A DNA stretch of 64,000 nt from the human T2T-CHM13v2.0 reference genome, Homo sapiens. Positions 53,350 to 64,000 of this stretch are shown here, piece by piece. The position numbers and the translations under genes are program-made. The stretch's first letter is position 1; each line of letters opens with the position of its first letter. Under the pieces are notes generated by a model, which made no database searches, was not told where the DNA came from, and was given only the letters and a program-made list of their open reading frames with translations. The stretch lies in NCBI RefSeq assembly GCF_009914755.1, contig NC_060947.1; one strand, 5' to 3'.

Positions 53350-54695
53350 ATCACCTAATAAATTATGTCATTGTAAGCCTTCACCAATAGGGGCTGAGAT
53401 GGGGAGGCTAAAAGGGTAGAAAATACAGGTTCCGGGAGCCATAGGACCTGCCACACCATGAAAACCAAAGGGCCCTGCTAGTCCAAGCCCATAATTATAG
53501 CCACTCCTAAGTGACTGATAGTGGCAGATGTTGCTACAGTATGAGGAAAGAGGACATGGAACTCACCCTGGCGAGATGAGTGGGTGAAACACCTGAACAC
53601 TCTCATTCTTGTGACTGGCTCAGAAGACACTCTAGATAGTGTTCACACTCCCTCTAAGTTGCTGGTGTCTCTGTACAACCAGCATCTCACAGGGGCCTTT
53701 ATTTCTTATTCAGATCATTGCCACCCCTAATGATTCCTTAGCACATCATTCTCTGCAGGTTAGGCTGCAAAGCACACCACCATTCTGATGCTCTCCCAAT
53801 TTAACAATGTTTGTTTATTCCAATTATGCTTCTTTTAGACCCTAAGGAAACAAATGGGAATGAAATTCACTGACAACCCATTATGTGACAGTCATTTTAC
53901 ATAAATTATCTTATTTAATCATCACAATAATGCCATTATATAGGAATTATTATTTGTCATATAAGAGACCTAGGAAGTTGCAAACATGGGAATATCTAAC
54001 TCCAAAACAAAAACGCTTCCAAATTCACCAAATTACCCCTCCAAGAAGCCTTATTTAAGACCTAAATCTTGACCAATCCAAGATTTAATCAGTGATAATG
54101 TATCTATTATATAAGGCATTACTTAACATGTCACCTCCTATCCATGTACATGGGCAGGTATGGATTAATCTTAGGTACCAGCAGGTAATAGAAGTCAGTG
54201 GGATCCTACATAACCTCATTCTTCCTAGGTCCAAAGCCTTTCTCCTTAAATATTCTCTCTTCAGGATAAATCATTTGGATATAGAACATGAGGATAATGG
54301 AATAATTAAAGATGGCTTCTGTGTTTCTGACTTGGTTGGCTGAGTACATACATAGTGGTCCTGGTCATAGATAGCGATCTTGGGAGAAGATGATGATGTG
54401 TTAGGTTTGGGGCATGTTGTGTTTGCAATATCTCTGACACATTTAAGTATAAATGTCTAATAGGAAGTTGGTTATATGGTCTGGAGCATAGGAGATATAG
54501 AAAATAAATTGAAGCTATAGGGCTGGGTGAGATTTTCCAGGGTACATTAAGTTAAAAATGGTGGAACTATGGGAAACACCAACATTTAAGGAATGGTCAG
54601 AGGAAGAGCAGGTAGTAAAGAGCCTGGTTTTTAAAAAATGGACAGGGATGTAGGAAAATAACAAGGAAACTGACTATCTTGAAAGTAAGAGGTTT

Positions 54696-54989
54696 GGCCG
54701 GGCGCAGTGCCTTATGCCTGTAATCCCAGCACTTTGGGAGGCTGCGGCAGGGGGATCACTTGAGGTCCGAAGTTCGCAACCAGCCTGGCCAACATGGTGA
54801 AACTCCGTCTCTACTAAAAATACAAAAATTAGCCAGGCATGGTGGTACATGCCTGTAATCCAGTTACTCAGCAGGCTGAGGCAGGGGAATTGTTTGAACC
54901 TGGGAGGCGGAGGTTGCAGTTAGCCGAGATCATGCCACTGCACTCCAGCCTGGGCGACAGAGCAAAACTCCATTTCAAAAAAAAAAAAA
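54696..54989 (+). mobile_element. AluSx/Sz-like SINE
   Basis: ggccgggcgcagtg...poly-A; TSD aaagtaagag; tail-to-tail with the adjacent L1MA. Confidence 0.95.
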
Positions 54990-54997
54990 GTAAGAGC

Positions 54998-55951
54998 TTT
55001 TTTTTTTTTTATTAACACGTAACAGTTATACATATTTTGGGGGTACATGTATCATTCTGATACATACATATAATGTGTAATAATGAAATTAGGAAAATTG
55101 GGATATCCATCACTTCAAACATTTATCTTTTCTTTATGTTGAGAACATATGAATTCTTCTCTACTAGCTATTTTGAAATATACAATAGATTGTTAACTAT
55201 AGTTACCCTACCAAACTATTGAACACTAGATCTTATTCATTCTATCTAACTGTATTTTTATACCCATCATCAACCTCTCTTCAACCTCCCCACTTCCCAG
55301 CCTCTAGCAACCACCAGTCTACTCTCTATCTCCATGAGATCCCTCTTTTCAGCCTTTACATATGAGTGAGAACATGTAATATTTGTCTTTCTGGGCCTGC
55401 CTTATTTTACTTAATGACCTCCAGTTACATCTGCGTTGCTGTAAATGACAGGATTTCATTCTTTTTATGGCTGAATCGTATTCCATTGTATATATATTCC
55501 CCATTTTCCTTATCCATTCATCTACTGATGGATTAGGTTGATTCCATATCTTGTTTATTGTGAATAGTGCTGCAATAAACATGGGGGTGCAGATATCTCT
55601 TTTATATGATTTCCTTTCTTCTGAATATGTACCCAGCAGGGGACTGCTAGGTCATATGATAATTCTATTTTCAGTTTTTTGCTAAACCTCCATACTGTTT
55701 TCTATGGTGGCTGTACTATTTCACACTCCTACCAACAGTGTACCAGGATTCCCCATTTTCCCACATCCTTACCAGCATCTGTTTTTTTTTTTTTAATAAA
55801 AACCATTTTAACTGGAGTGAGATAATATCTCATTGTGGTTTTTAATTTCCCTGAAGATTAGTGATGTTGAGCATTTTTTCATATGCCTGTTGGCCATTTG
55901 TGTGTCTTCTTTTAAGAAATGTCTATTCAGGTCTTTGCCCATTTTTAAGTT

Positions 55952-55988
<37 letters not shown>

Positions 55989-55997
55989 ATTGAGTTG
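54998..55997 (-). mobile_element. L1MA 3' ~1-kb fragment
   Basis: Poly-T, L1MA 3' UTR and an ORF2 C-terminal remnant (MFIAALFTINKIWNQP). Confidence 0.9.
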
Positions 55998-57199
55998 CTG
56001 TGTGAGATTTTTGGTATTGAGTTTCATAAAGGAAGGTGGGGGCAAAATCTAGAGCTATAATGTTAAATGCCATATATGATGAATATGAAAAATAACCCAT
56101 TGACTTTGACAATTAGGCAATAATTTGTAGCTTTTGACAGAGTAGTTTCAGTGGAGTTCTGAGGGTCAAATTCTGGCTGCAGAGGGTGGAAAGCTAAATG
56201 GCAGGTGGAGAAGTGGAGATAGTGACTATAGACTCTTCCTTTGAGACTGAGTATGAACAAAAGGAGAAAGACGGGGCAGGAGCCAGAGGGAGAAGTGAGA
56301 TTGTGGGAAGATGCAAGATGGAAAAACTTAGGTGTGTATATACGATAAAGAAAAAAAAAAACAATAGAAAGGGAGAAGGCTGAGCTCCAATAATACAAAG
56401 CAAAGGCGCAGCAGCAAAATGAAAGAAAAGCCATGTGGAAAGTTCACCAATAGGCAGATGCTTTTGGTGGTAGCAGAATGACTGTGCCCAAATATGTCCT
56501 TCCCTTCCTTCTGCTTATGCCACTGCACTTACCTGCAATGTCTTCCTCTTCTGATGGTTTATTTTTCAAATTATACTCACCCTTTAGCTTAAATTCCACT
56601 TCCTCTATGAAGTCTTACCCTATCAATACCTTCTGCAGTGATCTCTTTCTCTAACAGCAATTTTTGTCTGAACAATCCATTTGATAATCACACACAAGGC
56701 TTTATTGCCTTCTTTAAAAATATACTGCTACTTAGTCACATGTGTATATTTTGTCCCCTGCTAGACTGTGCAATCCTCAAGGAAAGGGTTTCTAAGAGTT
56801 TGCTACAGCCTCCATGGCTGTAGTAGGGGCTCTTTAAGTCTCCATTGATATGTGGTTCAGGAATGATAGTGTATTATAAAGAAGGAGATTGAAAAACACT
56901 GGATTAGGTAGCCCTTTGGTATATAATGAGTAATTTAGTCCTCTTTATAGCAAATAAGGAAACAGTCTTGCAGAGGACTAATAAATATATCCAAGATTAT
57001 GTGTCTATGTGGCAGTGCCAGGATTTGAACCAAAGGCTCTTTCTCCTGTGCTATTCTGCTTCAGTTGTCTGCAAAATTCTATTCAAGTGAAACACCTCTT
57101 TCCTTTATAATATTGATAGAGACATGACTCTATTGAGCTTTATTACCAACCAAGTTTCAGTGGCCTCTGCACCTTACGGAGAATCTCCCTGTACCTTAC

Positions 57200-57351
57200 C
57201 TCCTGACAATCAGCTTGAGAATCCGGAAGGAGCCTTTGATGAGAATGAGGGCCTCTTGGCGGGAGCCATATAATGGAGTGCCATTGATATTCACCAGCTC
57301 ATCACCAGTCCTCATCTTCTGGGACAAAGCTGCCTTGCCTCCATCTTCAAT
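57200..57351 (-). CDS. SHROOM4: Internal coding exon (exon 2) of SHROOM4, encoding most of the N-terminal PDZ domain: IEDGGKAALSQKMRTGDELVNINGTPLYGSRQEALILIKGSFRILKLIVR(R)
   Basis: On the minus strand, a pyrimidine-rich tract ends ...tctgcaacacag|ATTGAAGAT (AG at 57353-57352), and the donor is GTCAGGAG|gtaagg (GT at 57199-57198). The 152 nt (50 codons + 2) are open and carry the PDZ motif GDELVNING. The peptide is recognised as the Shroom4 PDZ. Confidence 0.95.
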
Positions 57352-57754
57352 CTGTGTTGCAGAGAACAAAACAGAAAGCAGGTAGTGAGATGACTTTCTC
57401 CCCAAAATTCTACTTGTTTCTTCCAACCCTGGAGCCACAAGTAGTACTGGGGAATGGCTCCAGGCAGCTCCTGGGAGTAGCTCAGGAGCTGATCACAGGT
57501 CATTATTTACTGAAGGCAAAGCTTGGGCAAACCTTTGAGGAAGGAGGCAACATGGAAATAATGCAATCCCTGACTGGAGGAATGAGCAGTCCAACTGGGA
57601 AGACTAGAACTTCTAAATACGAAACTGATGCTTGGAATGAACCCTACTATGTGGCTAAAGCAGCAGCGTGGCCTACCAAAACGTGCAGACAAATTAGAGC
57701 CAGAAGAGCTAGGCTCCATCAAAATGACCTTTGGTAAGCTCTTTCCTATCTTTG

Positions 57755-57950
57755 GGCAGGCTTTGAAGTCTGACAAACGTAAGTTTGAATCCTGGCTCTG
57801 CTACTTCCTAGCTGTGTGACCCTTAGGAAGTTACTTAACATCTGTGTCTCAATTCCCTCCTACGTGACATGTAGATAACAAGACTAGCTACCTCACAGAG
57901 TTGTTAGTATAGTATATATCTGAGAACAGTAAGTCCTCAATTAACATGAG
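57755..57950 (+). mobile_element. MIR SINE
   Basis: caggctttgaagtctgac...gtttgaatcctggctctgctacttcctagctgtgtgacc...gttacttaac. Confidence 0.8.
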
Positions 57951-60900
57951 CTCTGATTATTATAACAAGGGAGTTGACTCTGAAGACCTGGAAAGTGGCT
58001 TACAGTTCAACATTCTGTGAGTAGAATGGCAAATTCAAAAGATACAAGTAGGTACAATGTAGCTGCTTCTTTATCTATGTCTCTTCAACATGTGCCCAGC
58101 ACAGTGCTTCTAGTGTCTGACACACAGTGAGCATTCAGAGAAAGCTGGAAATATGGGTATTTACTGTTCCAACACAGCCTATAGAATTTCCACTAACCAG
58201 GGCAATCTGGGGAAGAAGATTGTCAGACTGAGGGGTATTGAAAGCAAAGGCAGAAATAATAGCCACTGGGGCAGGCAAAAGCAAAGCAAAGCAAAGCAGA
58301 ATGTCTCTGGGGGTCCTTGCTTATGGCTAATTTTATACATTCATTTTTATTACATTCCTTTTACCATGAAGGTGATTTCCACCTATTAGAACATCAATTC
58401 CATCCATGATAATCCATGAAAGGAGTCATCTCATCCATCCATTAATCATTCCTTAAGTATTGAATCACATTTCTATTATGTACAGGACAACATGCTACAT
58501 GCTAGAGATATAAAAATGAACAAGGCTCCTAATTTCTAGCCTCAGGGGCAGAAATTAGTTGTCTACAGCTTGTTTATCAACTAAGACGGTCAGGTAAAAA
58601 AGGCTCCAACTCACTGATATAATCAGGAGTTGTTTTTGTTTGTTTCCAGGGAAAGGGAACGTAAGGATAATTAAATTGTATAGTCCTTAGGGGATGGCAG
58701 ATTCTAAATGGGGCAATTAAGGGCTGGTATTCACTGGAGGTATTTTTACACTTCTACTCTTGTTCCAATCTCTCTCTCAGTCTTTTATAATGTCTCCTCC
58801 ATCTATCCCCACACCATGGAAGTTATAATATTGTTGAGCTTTAGGTTGGCCAGCTCATGTGCAAATTTGGCAGATGAGACCTCCTGAGTGCAGAGAAAAA
58901 ATTAAGTTCAGGATTTTTTAAACTCCATCGAATTAATTGAACTTCTGAGTTAAATCACAGAATGTTATTACATTTATTGCTGCTAATCCAACTTTTTTTT
59001 AAAAAAATTAACCTTTGTCTGACAAATCATAGGTTAGCCAAGTGACATTGAATATATATGCCTTTGTTCCGGTACCCGGGCCACACTCAACACCAAACAA
59101 GCCAATATTGGTAAATGGGGAACAACTCTAAGCAAATTAAACAGGATTACACTCTTATTTCCATTGTCATTATCATTATTACTTCACAGTCACTGCTGCC
59201 TACCGCCAAGAAAAAAAGAGAGAGAGAAAAGGAAAGTGCTGTACTTGAATTTCAGAAGTTCTATTTGAATGACTCATTACTTTGGCATCCATAGAAGGCC
59301 CTTAGCACCAGTCAGAACTTTCAACAGGGATCAGCCATTTGAAAGAGTTTCCCGAGGCTAACAAAGAACCACAAACAGAAGTCTAACTAATGAATGCTAA
59401 TAGATTTTCCCTGTTGATGTACATTAGTCTTAATTCACTCTACCCATTGTTTTTAATTCATACAACTTAATTATCCATATTACTGTTACCCATAGCAAGT
59501 CTTCCCCTCAATATGTATTAAGTACCATCTTTCGTTAATTAAACACTCTGTTACAGCAGCAAGATCTCTGTTTATTCTAGACCAAAAGATAAAAGGGGAA
59601 AACCTTTTAAACTAAAATGCTTAATTATTGCTGTAGCAAAAGCTCAGGCATTTGGCATTCCTTACTGCTCCTTCAGCTGCCACTATCTGAGTCCTTGCAC
59701 AGACTCCTTCTTGGACTACAGCATCAGGCCAACTGTTCATACCCCTTTTTTCTGTTCCATGCCCCTTCTCAGTCACCAGCATCCTCCTCCTTAAGAGATA
59801 TGTTAAGTGAAATAATCCTACTTTAGTGCAAGTCTGAAGATGCTCAGACAAAAAGCCAGCAAATTTTGGGTCCCCAGCATAATCCAAGAGTTCAGAAGGG
59901 TCCAGATCAGGAAGTAAGACTCCATTTGGTTGAAGATCCCTTCAACTATATCCCAGACTAGCCCTTTTCCAGACCCAGGGTATTTACTGAGCTGTGCAAT
60001 GGACTCTATACTCTTCCAGACTTGTTGGTCCTTTTTAAATTACTGCTCACTGGTCTTTCTCCTCCCCACTCTACCTCTAGATTTCTGAGGTCTAGCACGT
60101 CTTCTATTTATTGTCTGGCCTCCTTACAGCCAGTTCTATAGGTCAATGTCTCAGCCACATATTTGTTTATATGGAAGACAAAGCAGATGTTCATGTTTCT
60201 ATCAATAAAAAAAGGAAAGGAAGGAAGGAAGGAAAAATGAATGAGAGGAAGGGTGAAGGGGGATGGAGGGGCGAAAGATGATATGCATATTCTTCCGTAA
60301 AAGGTTTTGTTTTCCCCTTCCCACCTTCCTCCTCCTAACTCTGGCTGGGGCCCTGGAAAGGTGTGAATCAACAAACTTGTTGAAATTAACATACCTTGTT
60401 TGAGGGGCTGTATAACAATATATGATGCTATCCATTCAGTAAGCTTTCCAGCTCTTCCTGAATCAGACCTTCAGGGTGGCTTTCTTGTTTCAGTTGAAGT
60501 GTTGTGAATTCTCAGATTAGACCCAGATGCATTGGAATGTCGGTATAAACACACATCACAAAGCTCAATGTAAACGATGGTTAACTTATGTGTCATTTTG
60601 GATTACCCAAGTGATTGCTGGGCTAGCAGTGAGTGGCCCAAGTAATTGAAAATTGATTACATAGAGGTCATATAACCAAAAGCCAGGTGGTGCCTGGAAA
60701 GCTAGGAAGAGCTGATTGACTTTGGACAAGTCCCTTTCCCTTCTTGCAGCCTCTCTTCTCTTACTGGTAAAATGTGTAAGAGGGACTGACCAGATGATCT
60801 CCTGGGGCTCTGACAGCTCTGGGCCTTTTCAGCTCTGACATTCAGTGACCTGTGAACAGTTAGCAAAGTCATGCATTATCCTTCTGCTGACACAGATAAT

Positions 60901-63189
60901 CTCAGCTTTTTGTCCCATTGTACTCTGCCTTCACCCATGTTTTACTCCTTCAAAATTGACTAATTAACATCCATCTCTCAATTCCCCTGGTCTTTATCCA
61001 CTGTTTCAGAGTGGTCCACCAAGGTTGGAACACTTAATAAGGCCCAGTCAGGACACTGAGAGAAAGAGATTCCTGAAGCCCTATTTTGTGCTAATGAGCT
61101 AGCAATTTGGAAATTTTTGATGGGTCTTCAATGAAGCATGAAGTACTCTGATAGCTGTCAACAAAGTGACAAGTTGGCCCCTTGAGAGTAAAGGCAAACA
61201 ACAATTGACTTAACAGCACTTGCTGGCTTTCTAGTAGCTTTTATTTAGTCAGATACTAACAGATACTTGCTTGGGTCTTTGAATACATTTAGGAGATGAA
61301 AAAGGGAATAGAAGAATTATTAAATCAGGTTTATAATTTAAAAATGCATTCAGAGGAGAAACACCATCTGCAGCAATAACTGACAGGTACTGAACACCTA
61401 TTACAATAGTGTAAGAGCAGCATTAAAAATCAGTGACATGATTGTGAATACCTCTGCCTGCTACAGGAAATTTATTGGAAAAAATGGGCATCAACTGAAA
61501 CTTTCTTGGTCAGTTCCAAGAGCTTCTGGCCAAATTACCAGCCCATACTGCTACCTCCACCAGCTTGTCTATCATCTAAAGAAGGCAAACAACATAATTG
61601 TTTAAATTGATGTGTTTGTTTTTTTGTTTTTGTTTTATTGTTTTTGCAAATAGACAGAAAAGATCCACTCAGAATACTGTAGTCCAGTTATTTAAAGAAA
61701 GAATATACCTTCCGAATATCTTTTTAGCATCTTAGAAAGATTTTCAAGTTTTTACTAACACTCCAGGCATCCGTTCATCAATTTGGCCTTTTCTGGGAAA
61801 CGAATAGAAAAATGTAGAGCTAGGGTTAAGCTGGCTTTGGGAAGTTTAACTATTAAGAAGTAGGAGCATCAAAGAATGAATAAAGTGCTTGCTCATTCTG
61901 AAACTTAGTTTGAAATCTTAAGCAAACCACAGGTTGGGGGCTGTTTCTAATCTACCCTCTTTTTCCTTGTTGGTATCTCTTAGAATCTGATCATGCTAGG
62001 AGAAATTAATCAGGGTTCCCTGGACATGGGAGATACAGGCTTTCAAACCTCGGCAGTCTTCTTGCCATGGCTTTCAATACCTAACTTGTCTCTTTCAGCA
62101 ACTTCTTCCCTTAAAAACCGCTCTCAAATTTCCGAAGCAGTCTAGATTAGAAAACCAAGAAACTCTGTTCCTAATTTCATCTTCCGTACTTTACACCAGT
62201 TTTCCAAAAGGCAAAACAGACAACAAAAACTTTTCAATGAGAATTGAAAAACAATAACCAATTAAAAAGATGTAAGTAGACCTGATTCAAAGGAGTAATC
62301 CCTATATGTGGATAGAGGGAAGAGGTGTACACCAAGGGAGAAGCCATTCTTTCCCTCTACCAGCTAATAAGCAGATGCCCAAATCCTACAAGGAGCTGCC
62401 CCAGAGTATAAAGCTCTGTGAATCAGGCCCAAGGGCTCCCCTGACCTTGAGCCAACGGAACTATGCGCTGTGCCCCACAGCATGACCTAGCCCAACAGAC
62501 AGCTTCTTCCTCCCCAGCTGCTTAATCACCATCTAGTTTACTAATCCTCACAACAAAGGCCGTCTAAGCTCCAAATCATTAAATTTCCCTGGGGATTAGC
62601 TCCAGTCAAATTCTAAGCATCTTTGCCAAAACTCAGCCCAGTGCCATCAGCTCTAGGAATTTGGTGGTGAGGACAGGGGAAGAAGACTCAAGAGCACTGT
62701 CCCCTATGTCAGCAACCAAAGGCAAATTTGTCTTTGCTCCTGCCAAGTCAGATCGTCCTGCTGTCTCTATAAGTCTGGTAAGGGGAGACAAACGTGACGG
62801 CACAAGAGTAAACTGAGGGTTTCTTACATTGCTAGCAGATATGCTCACTGGGGCTCTGTCACCTCTAGCCATTTGTTTACACTGAAGTGTTCTTCTGACA
62901 TTAATGCTATCAGTGTTTGTGGCAAATGTTAGTCTTTGGTGGTATAGAACAATAGTGTTCAGAATGGGGTACATATATCCCAGGCTGTGTACAAGGTGAT
63001 CCACTGGAACTTCTGTTTATATATCTACAAAAATTTAAAAATCAAGCTTTATTAATATTTAATATTGGTGATAATAAATTAGATCATCCATAAATAAAAT
63101 TGTGTATACTGGGGACACATACTCAAAACATTTTTACTGATGTACATTTTTACTAAAAATGTTAGCTGGATTACAGACCCAATGAGAGG

Positions 63190-64000
63190 ACTAAAATCAT
63201 AAGGCTTTTAGAGAAAAACATGGAGCATATCTTTGTGACCTTGAGGTGGGCAAAAATTTTTTAAGCAGGATGCAAAAGGTAGTAATCATAAAGGAAAGAG
63301 TGATACATTGGAGTTCATCAAAATAAAAAAAATCTTCAGCTCTAAAAAAGGGAAAAGACAAGCCACAGACTGGGAAAATATTCATAATACATATTACCTG
63401 ACAAATGACTTATATCCAGAATATTAAAAGAACTACAAATCAATAAGAAAAAGGCAAATAGCCAATTAACAATTGGCAAGGCTTGAACAAGCACTTCACT
63501 AAAAGAGATAGCCAAATACCCAATAAGCATCTGAAAAGGTGCTCAATATAATTCTTCATTAGGGAAATGTGATTTAAAATTATAGTAAAGTGTCACTACA
63601 TATCCACCAGAATGGCCAGAATTAAAAAGACTTAAGTATTGGTGAGAATGTACAGCAATTTGATCTCTCTACGTTGCTGGCAGGAGTATAAAGCTGTACA
63701 ACCATTTTGGAAATCTGTATGCCTACTCTCAGATCCAGCAATTCCATACTTAGAGACTCCGAAGAGAAATAAGTGCACGTGTCCATAAAAAGATTTGATT
63801 GTTCACAGCAGCTTTATTAATAATAGAAAGTAGGAACAACCCAAATGTCCTTCAAAACATACACATACAAAAAATGACATGCTATACAGCAGTCAAAAAA
63901 AAGCAATATATGTAATAAAATGAATGTCTAAAAGATTATGTTGCATGAAAGAGACCAGACAAAAACAACACATACTGTATGATTTCATTTTATATGAAGG
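63190..64000 (+). mobile_element. Old L1M (MC/ME-like) ORF2 3' region, running off the window
   Basis: tttagagaaaaacatggagcatatctttgtgaccttgaggtgggcaaa...gactgggaaaatatt...cccaaatgtcc...catactgtatgatttcatttt. Confidence 0.85.

Noticed and set aside
57352-57438. N-terminal part of ORF 57196..57438 (MAPGLEETSR...)
   Set aside because: It lies upstream of the splice acceptor and translates the polypyrimidine tract, so it is intronic read-through. Only 57200-57351 is exon.
62950-63175. Possible hAT-Charlie MITE remnant (ggggtacatatatccc...ggggacacatactcaaaacatttttactga)
   Set aside because: Too degraded to assign a family or boundaries confidently.

Overview
Primate (very likely human) genomic DNA, almost all intronic. 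The only coding sequence I can support is one 152-bp minus-strand exon (57200-57351) with canonical AG/GT ends. It encodes a Shroom-family PDZ segment that I recognise as SHROOM4 exon 2 (X-linked). Everything left of it is the downstream intron and everything right of it is the upstream intron. The rest is layered transposable-element sequence: Alu, L1PA/L1M, L2, MIR, MaLR/ERVL solo LTRs, MER5/MER58 and a full-length Tigger1. There is also a U6-L1 chimeric pseudogene. The most unusual structure is a ~99% identical 425-bp inverted duplication (49069-49495 vs 50013-50437, 517-bp spacer). It is not a TE, replaces part of an L1, and has microhomology at the junction, which fits template switching. 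A second, much older (~80% identity) inverted duplication of similar geometry lies at 19.2-20.9 kb. Other candidates are an internal TATA/ETS/FOX promoter for a PDZ-less SHROOM4 isoform near 5.3-5.6 kb, a DUX4-motif MLT2A LTR, a CTCF site and several non-canonical L1 integration scars. I see no prokaryotic-type or otherwise new gene system. Repeat subfamily names come from recalled consensus sequences, not database searches, and coordinates and identities were counted by eye.
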